From an uncultured virus (IMG/VR IMGVR_UViG_3300025949_000021) (lineage: Duplodnaviria > Heunggongvirae > Uroviricota > Caudoviricetes): a DNA stretch of 64,000 bases. Within the stretch, counting starts at the first letter, position 1. The number at the start of each line of letters is the position of its first letter. The notes under the pieces are model-generated. The model did not search any database and was not told where the DNA came from. It was given only the letters and a program-made list of their open reading frames with translations. The translations under genes and the position numbers were made by a program. Shown here piece after piece: positions 1 to 7,961 of the stretch. Where the stretch lies: the IMG/VR virus record IMGVR_UViG_3300025949_000021; one strand, given 5' to 3'.

Positions 1-104
1 CGCAGCATCCCCCGCAGCAGCCCCCGCAGCATCCCCCGCAGCAGCCCCCGCAGCATCCCACGCAGCAGCCCCCGCAGCAGCCCGCGCAGCAGCCCCCGCA
101 GCAT
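1..104. repeat. 12-bp coding tandem repeat (CGCAGCA[T/G]CCC[C/A]-like), encoding GDAA/GAAA/WDAA-type units
   Basis: Directly visible tandem units. Confidence 0.95.
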
Positions 105-414
105 CTAATTCTTCCTGTGTCGCATCGCCATTTGCAAATTTCTCAGCGATATTCAATGCATCCTTGCTACGTTGATCAGTCATCAAATTTTCAACTTGAC
201 GAGCGCACCATACAGCAAACAGACGGATTTCTTTATCATGTCCTTTAACTGCACGCAGACACCACAAAGCATCATCCAGCCCATTGCTGTCCAAAACTTG
301 GATAATCGAAACTGGCGCATCATCTGCTTTTGTCTTATTCAAAGACTTGAGTAATTTAGACCAGCCTTCATGACATGGTGAATGTTCACGAATTTCATTC
401 AAAGTTGTTTTCAT
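1..414 (-). CDS. Ala-rich tetrapeptide-repeat phage protein (3' part outside window)
   Basis: ATG at 414 with GGGAGA RBS; starts MKTTLNEIRE like its homologue at 38675-39202. Confidence 0.85.
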   Translation of the reverse strand, partial: MKTTLNEIREHSPCHEGWSKLLKSLNKTKADDAPVSIIQVLDSNGLDDALWCLRAVKGHDKEIRLFAVWCARQVENLMTDQRSKDALNIAEKFANGDATQEELDAAGAAARAAAGAAAWDAAGAAAGDAAGAAAGDAA

Positions 415-437
415 TCCTTCTCTCCCTATAAATTGAA

Positions 438-790
438 GTTGGCAAACTAACTAAGCCTACGCAGCAGTTTCTGGCTAATGCGATTTTTACTGATTAGCTG
501 CCAACATAGAAACGGACAGGGCTTGATACCTGCTAGGAAAGCCTCCTAACTACATCGCTAGGGCCATCCGGCTGCGCGCATTCACCGCGTGTCCTTCCAC
601 GCCGCCGCTTCTATGTTGGCCCTGAGACTTTCACTCAGGCTACGTTTCCATTACGTACTCCGCTGGTGCTACTTGGCATTCCAACTGTCTTGCTGTGCAC
701 CGACTGGCGAGCAAGCTTGGGAAGGTCTGCCAAAGGTGCCGGACACTGATTCCGGCTTGCGCTTCGACCCTCTCGGGCTAGGCCAGTGTT
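438..790 (-). ncRNA. Array of structured RNA modules in the leftward leader (stems 438-505, 500-620, 621-639, 673-733, C4-like 3' arm 735-790)
   Basis: Inverted repeats gttggca/tgccaac, gccaacatagaa/ttctatgttggc, cctgag/ctcagg, ttggca/tgccaa; no credible ORF; same architecture in unit 2. Confidence 0.7.
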
Positions 791-982
791 CTATGCCGCT
801 ACGTGGCGATATTCCGTGTTCTTCTGGTCGTAGTGCGAAACCGCATTCCGCAAATACTGGGAGTCGCTGGAGGGCATGATTCCTTCGACGCGACGCCATT
901 CGCCGCGCTCGCCATTCAAGTAAATCGGGCGTGCTTGCACCACAAATTGAGTACGATTAGTTGTATTCATCTCGCTCTCCAT
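791..982 (-). CDS. Small hypothetical protein
   Basis: ORF with GGAG RBS, first genes of leftward transcript; true start may be the second Met. Confidence 0.55.
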   Translation of the reverse strand: MESEMNTTNRTQFVVQARPIYLNGERGEWRRVEGIMPSSDSQYLRNAVSHYDQKNTEYRHVAA

Positions 983-995
983 CTATCAGGTTGGG

Positions 996-1181
996 TTAGG
1001 CAATGCGCTCGTGCTTGAGCAATTTTTCTTCGGCCTGTGTTACTGCGTACAAAGCTGATTTTTGCGCATCGCCCTCAAGCTGCATTGCAGCAGTCTTGAG
1101 TGCTTGAACAGTATTTGCCAACGAGGCCCAGAGGGCGGTTGCTTTGATTTGAGCGGGATTCGCATTCATTTCCATCTCCAT
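996..1181 (-). CDS. Small hypothetical protein
   Basis: ORF with GGAG RBS; helical composition. Confidence 0.55.
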   Translation of the reverse strand: MEMEMNANPAQIKATALWASLANTVQALKTAAMQLEGDAQKSALYAVTQAEEKLLKHERIA

Positions 1182-1232
1182 CTATCTAGTTGCGCGGTGC
1201 TTTGCGTTTGGTTTGTGCTTCAAAGTGATTCC

Positions 1233-1261
1233 ATAGTAATCAATAAAAATGTAATGTGCAA
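1233..1261 (-). promoter_or_regulatory. Leftward sigma70-like promoter
   Basis: TTGCAC-N17-TACTAT on minus strand in AT-rich divergent gap. Confidence 0.65.
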
Positions 1262-1275
1262 GTATTATTTTGTGC

Positions 1276-1303
1276 TTGCATAATTTATTTTATCTGCCAT
1301 AAT
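1276..1303 (+). promoter_or_regulatory. Rightward sigma70-like promoter
   Basis: TTGCAT-N16-CATAAT with extended TGn. Confidence 0.6.
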
Positions 1304-1329
1304 TAAGCCTGTAAACAACAGGAGCCAAT

Positions 1330-1512
1330 ATGGACAAACATAAGTACATCGCAAAGAAGCTGCGGACTATTAAAGACAAAGGTGAGCCGCTGGAGAAGGT
1401 GGCTTATCTATCTAGCCTAAGCCGTCGCACGTTGACTAACATCATGAACGGTAACAAGGCGCACCAGGCTACGGTGGATAAACTCTACGCATTTTTTGGC
1501 GGCCCGAAATGA
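1330..1512 (+). CDS. Small Cro-like HTH protein
   Basis: AGGAG RBS; LEKVAYLSSLSRRTLTNIMNG HTH pattern; first rightward gene. Confidence 0.7.
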   Translation: MDKHKYIAKKLRTIKDKGEPLEKVAYLSSLSRRTLTNIMNGNKAHQATVDKLYAFFGGPK

Positions 1513-1673
1513 GCAGCCCTGACCAACTCGCAGCCTTCCGCAATAATACCCGCAACATGCTGCATTACTCCCACACGCAAAAGACGTGCCTAGTTTGTCG
1601 TAAGCGGAGAAGCATGGGGCAATATGCGGAAGGGTCGGAAACTTGTAACCAATGCCGAAGGAGATGTAAATGA
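1509..1673 (+). CDS. 54-aa zinc-finger protein (CxxC...CxxC)
   Basis: Hand-translated MSSPDQLAAFRNNTRN...CLVC...CNQC; conserved at 39892-40056. Confidence 0.75.
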   Translation: MSSPDQLAAFRNNTRNMLHYSHTQKTCLVCRKRRSMGQYAEGSETCNQCRRRCK

Positions 1674-1907
1674 CTTTAGAAGAATTTGAGATTGAAGTTA
1701 AACGCAATCTACAAGCGTTTATTCTTGATTATCATGCGCGGCATTTGGAAAATCCAGAGCAATATCCGCTATCTCTTCCTAATTCGAATGAAGGATTGTG
1801 GTGGGAATTCTTGCAGGAGTTTAGCGAATGAACGCAAATCATCCCTATATCTACCTCCTAGCAATAGCAGCTTTATTGTTGATTACTACCTATATTGAGA
1901 ATATGCC

Positions 1908-2219
1908 ATGACACTTAAGTACACTCCCGGCCCTTGGACTTACAGCAAAAATGAACGGTGGGGCGATACACGTTTTTATATTGCACAACAAGAAGGCGCG
2001 GAATATACGCCAGATTATTCAGATGTTGCGACGCTGATTTGTGAAACATGTTCTGGTGAAAGAGTTGTGATTCAAGAAGCAAACGCCAAATTAATAGCCG
2101 CTGCGCCTGAGCTTTTTACAGCGCTAAAAGAAATTATATTTATGCAACATCATCCTTTAGGAAGATCGGCCTCTATTGAACATGCTCAGAAAATAATAGA
2201 GAAGCTAAAAAATGACTGA
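1908..2219 (+). CDS. Phage hypothetical protein (TPGPW...ANAKLIAAAPEL family)
   Basis: Recurrent phage motifs. Confidence 0.75.
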   Translation: MTLKYTPGPWTYSKNERWGDTRFYIAQQEGAEYTPDYSDVATLICETCSGERVVIQEANAKLIAAAPELFTALKEIIFMQHHPLGRSASIEHAQKIIEKLKND

Positions 2220-2640
2220 CCGCCAGAAAATTATCCTCGTTGACCAAACTCGCCGAGACCGTGCCATCGCAATTATCCGCAATCTACCTTGTGACGATAG
2301 TTATGAAGTAGTGATTCAGCCGAAGACTAAGGCGCGTGGGGTAGATGCTAATGCCCTATATTGGTTGCGCCTTACCGAGATAGCTGAGCAAGCGCACGTT
2401 GATGGAAAAAAGTATAGCAAAGAGGTCTTCCACGAACATTGCCGTCAGACGATCTTGCCTGGCATGGTTACTTTGAAAACTGGTGAAGTAGTATGGAAAT
2501 GGCTTGAAACACCATCAGGAAGCGCTACGGTTATTTCGACTAGCCTACTAAGCAAGAAGTGCTTTGCAGAGTATGTGGAGGCTGTAGAAGCGTTTGGCGT
2601 TGGTCTTGGCGTGATGTTTAGTGCTAATGAAAGATCATAA
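2212..2640 (+). CDS. ninB: NinB/Orf-family recombination protein
   Basis: R...NALYW..L.EIA...STS.L....F.EYVE.VEAFG pattern; upstream of ninG. Confidence 0.8.
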   Translation: MTDRQKIILVDQTRRDRAIAIIRNLPCDDSYEVVIQPKTKARGVDANALYWLRLTEIAEQAHVDGKKYSKEVFHEHCRQTILPGMVTLKTGEVVWKWLETPSGSATVISTSLLSKKCFAEYVEAVEAFGVGLGVMFSANERS

Positions 2641-2945
2641 TGGCATACATTGCTTTAAACCTTCGCAAGTGTTCAGAATGTAATGGCGATATGTTCGTCA
2701 CTGAAACCCGGACATTTCCTGATTACATCCGCCGTCGTTTTCATTGTAAGTCATGCGGCAATCGTGAAACTGATAAAGAATACTTAATGTGCACGCATGC
2801 CTCGTATTGCCATTTTCGCTTATCTATTGGCGATCAAATAGAGGGGTGTAATAAGGCATCTGAAACACGTTGCAAATGGTTTGAATACATGGATATGGAA
2901 TACAAGCCTGTTCATATTCGGAAAGAAAAATATGGCGCGTTGTAA
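2640..2945 (+). CDS. Zinc-ribbon protein (NrdR/Ogr-like N-terminus)
   Basis: CSEC..VTETR...IRRRFHCKSCG.R. Confidence 0.6.
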   Translation: MAYIALNLRKCSECNGDMFVTETRTFPDYIRRRFHCKSCGNRETDKEYLMCTHASYCHFRLSIGDQIEGCNKASETRCKWFEYMDMEYKPVHIRKEKYGAL

Positions 2946-3492
2946 GGTTTGTAGAACCGAGTTCACCAGGCGTTCGATGACGCACAAAACCTGCTCGACT
3001 GATTGCGCCTTAGCCTGGGTATCAATCCAAAATGCTAAGAAGCTACATAAGAAGCAGATAGCCGATAGGAAAGAAACAAAGCTAGCACTTGCCAAGTTAA
3101 AGACACGATCAGATTACATCAAGGAGACACAGATTGCCTTCAATGCCTACATTCGTTCCCGCGATAAAGGATGTCCTTGCATCTGTTGCGGAGAACCGCT
3201 TTCGTTTACGTCCGTTGGCGGAAACTTCGATTGCGGACACTACCGATCAGTTGGAAGCGCTCCGCATCTTAGATTCAATGTTGACAACGCACATGGACAA
3301 ACTAAGAGATGCAATAGATATGGGGCAGGGAGGGCTGTTGATTACCGAATGGGACTCATCGAAAGAATCGGTCTCGCTCGAGTGGAAGAATTGGAGCGAA
3401 ATAATGTTGCCATGAAATGGACAATCCCTGAGCTTATCGAAATGAAGAAGAAGTTTCAACAGATGAAAAAGGAGTTGGAAAATGCAGACTGA
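2932..3492 (+). CDS. ninG: NinG/Rap-family endonuclease
   Basis: AFNAYIRSRD..CICCG..DCGHYRSVGSAPHLRF..N.HGQ motif. Confidence 0.93.
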   Translation: MARCKVCRTEFTRRSMTHKTCSTDCALAWVSIQNAKKLHKKQIADRKETKLALAKLKTRSDYIKETQIAFNAYIRSRDKGCPCICCGEPLSFTSVGGNFDCGHYRSVGSAPHLRFNVDNAHGQTKRCNRYGAGRAVDYRMGLIERIGLARVEELERNNVAMKWTIPELIEMKKKFQQMKKELENAD

Positions 3493-3820
3493 CCGAGAAT
3501 TACTGGAATTGGCAGCGAAATCTATCAACGGTTTCTACAATGAGAAAACTGATGCTATCAGCTTCGATGGGTTTGATGCATTGAAATATAACTTCGCTAA
3601 TTGGATTCCATGGAACCCATTAAACAATTCTGGTAACGCACTAGACTTAGCTATAAAACTGGGCATAGGAATTAGCTTTGGCGTGCAGGATGCACGAGTT
3701 GTTGCTTCTGGTATGGATTCCATTTATGGAGAATGGGAGAAAATAGACGGTGATCCATTTGCTGCTACTCGCCGCGCTATCGTCCGCGCCGCTGCTGAAA
3801 TTGGAAAGGAGATGAAATGA
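3482..3820 (+). CDS. Phage hypothetical protein
   Basis: DRELLELAAK...WNPL...ATRRAIVRAAAEIG recurrent phage family. Confidence 0.75.
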   Translation: MQTDRELLELAAKSINGFYNEKTDAISFDGFDALKYNFANWIPWNPLNNSGNALDLAIKLGIGISFGVQDARVVASGMDSIYGEWEKIDGDPFAATRRAIVRAAAEIGKEMK

Positions 3821-3990
3821 CCAACTTCAACGCTGACCACTACCTAGCCACGCAAGATCCTGCTAACTTGCTTAACCTAGTTCCAGGTTCCATAGAATAC
3901 TCGATAGTAGTAAAAATGCTCCAAGGAGCTAATGCACAAGGTAGGATTGATCAATTCAGGGAAGATAGGGAGAAGAAAATTGACAGCTAA
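3817..3990 (+). CDS. 57-aa hypothetical protein
   Basis: ATGA coupling; conserved at 42600-42761. Confidence 0.65.
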   Translation: MTNFNADHYLATQDPANLLNLVPGSIEYSIVVKMLQGANAQGRIDQFREDREKKIDS

Positions 3991-4163
3991 ATATCTTCGA
4001 TCTCGCCAAGCATATTGGGATATGACTAAGCCTGGCGTCATAGACCTGCTAAACACGCCCTTAGAGCTGCTTACACAATCCGGTGCTCAGTTACTCATTG
4101 AAGAGTTAGATCGCCGGTTTATGCAGCTTTGGGACAAGATTGGATATGAAAAGGAGAAAAGTA

Positions 4164-4469
4164 ATGGGTAAACCGCATAAATTTCAAAAGGAAATTATTG
4201 CTTGGGCTAATGGTGAAGACATTGAGGTTAAATATTCGGATAAATGGATTCCATTAAAACTTACTCACCCTTATTGGGACGAGAGCGAATATCGCATCAA
4301 GCCAGCGCGTGAATATCCTAAGACAAGTTTGACGGATGAAGAATTGCGAGCATATCACCACAGAGACCCTAGCAGGAATTATGATTTAAACAACAGAGAT
4401 GAGGGGTTGCGATGTGTCGCTAATGCAGCCATTGCACGTTTTCTAGATGATCAGGAGAATAAGGAATGA
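4164..4469 (+). CDS. Phage hypothetical protein (EYRIKP family)
   Basis: AAGGAG RBS; homologue at 43006-43329. Confidence 0.75.
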   Translation: MGKPHKFQKEIIAWANGEDIEVKYSDKWIPLKLTHPYWDESEYRIKPAREYPKTSLTDEELRAYHHRDPSRNYDLNNRDEGLRCVANAAIARFLDDQENKE

Positions 4470-4590
4470 CTAAAAGAGCTTGGGCCTGGAAAGTAAAAGG
4501 CATGGAAGGGCAATGGCGGTCATGGGATGAAGCGTGGCAGTTTTGTGTAAATCGTGGAATCCTCCCTCAAAACATTTATAAAGGGATGGT

Positions 4591-4749
4591 ATGACTGAAA
4601 AAAATTGGCTTGATCAGCTAGTCACATTAGATGAGATTTATGGGGATGAGAAAGATAATCCATATTGGCTCATCCATCCTATTTCTTGGTTGAAATCTAA
4701 ATTGACGCGCTACGTAGCCGCAGCAATCGCCGAAGACGCTGGAGACTAA
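4591..4749 (+). CDS. 52-aa hypothetical protein
   Basis: Hand-translated; ends AAAIAEDAGD like 43326-43544. Confidence 0.5.
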   Translation: MTEKNWLDQLVTLDEIYGDEKDNPYWLIHPISWLKSKLTRYVAAAIAEDAGD

Positions 4750-4750
4750 T

Positions 4751-4969
4751 ATGACTAAGCAAATCCCACACTTACGCCGCGTAGACGGTCATTGGCTTTG
4801 CACAATTGACCGCACTGAGCGCCATATCCTTCGCGGTACTCTTGGCGATACTCCATGCCAGGCGTTTTACTATTTCATGCATAGACAGAATATGGAGGCT
4901 GTCAAACAAAGTTGGGATATCGCTATCCATTCAGTTGGCCCGGGCTATATGCCTTTTTTTTGTGGCTAA
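4751..4969 (+). CDS. Hypothetical protein
   Basis: Homologue at 43546-43740. Confidence 0.7.
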   Translation: MTKQIPHLRRVDGHWLCTIDRTERHILRGTLGDTPCQAFYYFMHRQNMEAVKQSWDIAIHSVGPGYMPFFCG

Positions 4970-4971
4970 GC

Positions 4972-5057
4972 TTGTAGGAAAACCGGCATAGTTTTGTGCG
5001 ATTTATCCGATATTTGTAAGAAAAACGCTTGCAAGTCTGACGGACATTGATAATAAT
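4972..5057 (+). promoter_or_regulatory. Conserved non-coding block ending in a sigma70-like promoter
   Basis: About 73 bp matching 43735-43807; TTGCAA-N17-AATAAT at 5029-5057. Confidence 0.65.
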
Positions 5058-5110
5058 AGAGTCATCTGTGTGGCAACAGATAATGCGAATAAGATGGGGT
5101 AGTAGTTATA

Positions 5111-5227
5111 GCCCGAATGTTTTTTAGGAGGCTGCAACGGTAAGGTTTCTGGGACCCATCTCCCAAGCAAGGAATCTTGCCCGCGCCGCCAGCGCCAGCC
5201 TCCTAAAGCATATTCGGGCTTTTTTTC
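5111..5227 (+). terminator. Long attenuator/terminator-like hairpin with branched loop
   Basis: gcccgaat...ttaggaggctg / cagcctcctaa...attcgggc followed by T7. Confidence 0.7.
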
Positions 5228-5232
5228 GTCTG

Positions 5233-5588
5233 TTGCCTTTAGAGTCGTTTTATTGGTGGTGAATACCCGGAGTGACGGGTTCACGTGTGGGAAAGAACCC
5301 CTGATGTAGTTCAGGGACCGTATGCGAAAGCATAATTTGCCGGAGACGGCAAAACGGTCAGACCCATTTGATGCTCACGAATTGACGTTGTTAAGCCGTT
5401 AAACGTAGGCTGGTTTGAGTCCAGTTAAGCCGGGTCAACATACTTCCGGCCGCCACCAATAAAACGACTCGCAGTTCGTCAGAGCTACGACAAGTAATAC
5501 GGTAAGGACTGCCGGTACTCAGAAAAGGTCTGCGCTTACTAGCAAGACGGCGCGAGGGAGTTGAGCAGCTACCCCAGGAACAAGGCAA
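5233..5588 (+). ncRNA. Large multibranch structured RNA (putative)
   Basis: 18-bp perfect stem 5242-5259/5453-5470, outer stem ttgcctt/aaggcaa, several internal hairpins; no + strand ORF of 60 aa or more. Confidence 0.65.
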
Positions 5589-5755
5589 ATTGTTGACTGT
5601 AGCGTTACCCGCGTTAAGGGGCCTTGGAAATAGAATGCTTCACTTAGTGGCAGTAGTGTTTGTAGTAATCATTACAAGCATGGCTGGGATTGTTGATAGG
5701 TCAACATCTTGTCTTGCTTGCTGTCCAATGCTTTTTTCTATAAATAAGGATTGAA

Positions 5756-5959
5756 ATGAAACAACCAGCAAGAAAACAATATTTCTTGTCAGATATTGAG
5801 CGTGATCTGCTTCGCCATGCTCTGAAATCTCTGAAAAATCGTATCGGCAATGAATGCGACAACAACAATACGCAGAAAACGTGCGGCTCATTTGTAAAGT
5901 CACGAATTGATGCTTTGTATAGTCGACTCGCAGACGGAGAAGAACATGAACAATGTTGA
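5756..5959 (+). CDS. Hypothetical protein
   Basis: AAGGA RBS; overlaps next gene. Confidence 0.6.
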   Translation: MKQPARKQYFLSDIERDLLRHALKSLKNRIGNECDNNNTQKTCGSFVKSRIDALYSRLADGEEHEQC

Positions 5960-6230
5960 TCGCCTCCGTTGGGCCGCGCAAGAAGATGGGATGCATGGGT
6001 TTGTAAAAGTAAGAATCTATGATCTTCGGGAGTTGCTCAGGAGGTATGACAATGCAAGAAGTGTTAATCGCCGCTTGCATGAACATAGTAGTCTTCTTTG
6101 CGATGAAATTAAGGATTGGAACGAGGATGTTATTGCCAAACTTGGCAAGAGGAAGCTGGGGCAGAATAAATGGCCTGCATTTGACAAATTGATATCTTTT
6201 CTTGATTCAACGCAAGGAGGATGGAAATGA
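5946..6230 (+). CDS. Hypothetical protein
   Basis: GGAG RBS before MNNVDR; ATGA-coupled to next gene. Confidence 0.6.
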   Translation: MNNVDRLRWAAQEDGMHGFVKVRIYDLRELLRRYDNARSVNRRLHEHSSLLCDEIKDWNEDVIAKLGKRKLGQNKWPAFDKLISFLDSTQGGWK

Positions 6231-6580
6231 TCCCCGACTGGATGCCAATTGATGCGTGGGAGGCTTATATTTCCATGCGAAAACAAATGGGTAAGAAGCA
6301 TCAAGCAACAGAGTACGCACAGAAGCTTCTGATTAACAAACTAACCGTCTGGAAGGCTGAGGGGGCTGACGTAGAGGCAATCATCAACCAGTCTATCGAG
6401 CGTAGCTGGACTGGCCTGTTCCCTGTGCAACAGCTTAAGGTTGATAAACAAGCCTCAGCGCCTTCCGGGCTAGTGGAGAAGACCAAGGCCCTCATCAAGA
6501 CGTATGAAGAGCCTATAGCCCGTGCAGGAGCAGGCTATGAGGAATTCCGCAAGCAGGTTAAGAATATTGTTCGTCACTAA
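6227..6580 (+). CDS. Stand-alone domain resembling the C-terminus of lambdoid replication initiators
   Basis: PDW.P..AW.AY..MRK...T..A..L...KL...IINQSI..SWTGLF; conserved at 44930-45283. Confidence 0.7.
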   Translation: MIPDWMPIDAWEAYISMRKQMGKKHQATEYAQKLLINKLTVWKAEGADVEAIINQSIERSWTGLFPVQQLKVDKQASAPSGLVEKTKALIKTYEEPIARAGAGYEEFRKQVKNIVRH

Positions 6581-6592
6581 GGAGAGGTAAAA

Positions 6593-6805
6593 ATGGAAGA
6601 AATGAATTTGGCATTGCGTCTGGTGGTTGCATTGGGTGCTTATTGCCCACGCGTAAAGATCACAGACCCGGATATCTTTGCGGCTAATCTGCTGAAACAG
6701 AAGCGCCGTACTCGTCCGCTAATTGGACGCGGTAACTACGGTAAGAATCTGATGAGCTATTTTGATCAGAAGAAGTTTAAAGCCAAGAAATTGGCGACAG
6801 TTTAA
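6593..6805 (+). CDS. Hypothetical protein
   Basis: AAGGAG RBS. Confidence 0.55.
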   Translation: MEEMNLALRLVVALGAYCPRVKITDPDIFAANLLKQKRRTRPLIGRGNYGKNLMSYFDQKKFKAKKLATV

Positions 6806-6834
6806 TTGCAGCACCAACCACAGGAGAAGTGAAA

Positions 6835-7023
6835 ATGTTTGATATCAAAAAAGTAATGGAAGAAGCTAACAAGGAAATTGCCGAAGAACGTACAAAGAAG
6901 GCTAAGACAGCTTTGGTACAGGCGCTTCGTAAACTGGAAGCGTCCAAGCAAGTGACACGCAACATCGAGGCAGAAATTAAGGACTTGCAGGCCAGCATTG
7001 AAGACGGTTCTTTTACAGGCTAA
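6835..7023 (+). CDS. Small coiled-coil protein
   Basis: AGGAG RBS; heptad-like composition. Confidence 0.65.
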   Translation: MFDIKKVMEEANKEIAEERTKKAKTALVQALRKLEASKQVTRNIEAEIKDLQASIEDGSFTG

Positions 7024-7025
7024 TC

Positions 7026-7598
7026 ATGGCTATGATCCAGAATCAACCTGTCGAGGTAATGTGGGGAGGATTCCGATCCAACACGCATCGCCTCGGCCAG
7101 GAAGGATGGGAAATTGCTATTGAGCAGCAACATTTTGATTTGAGTGCTCGACTTTTCATGAAGCATAAAGAATTCAACATGTATGCATTTGGATTGGTAA
7201 AAAATCTTCCTCCAGTAAATATAACCAGAGATTATGGACGGTATTCCCCTCCACATTGTTATATTAGTGATGCTGGGATGCTGGATCAGATGATCCGAAC
7301 AATGCCGCATATTGATAGTGTAAGTTTGTATAGGGTGGAAACGGTTCCTACTTTTGTATCAGATGAAATTTGCAAAGTCCGTCATCTTCCATGGTTTCAA
7401 AAAGTATTTGTTGAACAGCCAGAAACAGAGGAGTTGATTGTCGATCCGCAATGCGTCCAGTCCATGCTTGACCAGATATTGAAAATCCAAGGTCCGATGC
7501 GGAAGGATATTCGCGCTAGAGATGCAAGGCGAGATCGAGATGAGCCACAGCCTGTACAAGTTCATGCTCGAATCATTTCATTTAAGCAAGCAGCATAG
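7026..7598 (+). CDS. Hypothetical protein
   Basis: 190-aa ORF in operon; absent from unit 2. Confidence 0.75.
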   Translation: MAMIQNQPVEVMWGGFRSNTHRLGQEGWEIAIEQQHFDLSARLFMKHKEFNMYAFGLVKNLPPVNITRDYGRYSPPHCYISDAGMLDQMIRTMPHIDSVSLYRVETVPTFVSDEICKVRHLPWFQKVFVEQPETEELIVDPQCVQSMLDQILKIQGPMRKDIRARDARRDRDEPQPVQVHARIISFKQAA

Positions 7599-7618
7599 CA
7601 AAATTAAAAGGAGGGAGT

Positions 7619-7957
7619 ATGCCAATCAAACGAGACCAGCCATTACCCAGGCCAAGCCAAGTTATCGAAAAGATGACTATAGGCAAGCGTTACACAGCAG
7701 ATGCATTAGCAATTAAGTTTCGCGTCATGTGTGCAGAAATGCACAAGCTACTAGACACAATGGTAGATCACAACATGATCCAGCGGTATAGGGGAGCGAC
7801 GGATTCGAAGTTCTTCATTGAGGAAGAGAAGGCGAAGGAGCCTGAATTGCCGGGACGTTATCAGGCTGAGTTTAAACCACTAGGAATCTACAACTTGAAA
7901 CAACACATGGAAGCGTGCGAAGCTTCGCGTAGCTTGAAGAATAACGGGTTAATCTAA
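7619..7957 (+). CDS. Putative winged-HTH protein
   Basis: YTADALAIKFRV...LLDTMV..IQR pattern; C-terminus shared with 46281-46616. Confidence 0.6.
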   Translation: MPIKRDQPLPRPSQVIEKMTIGKRYTADALAIKFRVMCAEMHKLLDTMVDHNMIQRYRGATDSKFFIEEEKAKEPELPGRYQAEFKPLGIYNLKQHMEACEASRSLKNNGLI

Positions 7958-7961
7958 GGAG

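Noticed and set aside
5003..5011. TTATCCGAT as a DnaA box
   Set aside because: Three mismatches to TTATCCACA and a single copy
5233..5588. Group I/II intron or retron msr-msd
   Set aside because: Does not interrupt a gene, no recognisable catalytic core, no reverse transcriptase nearby; not excluded without cmscan
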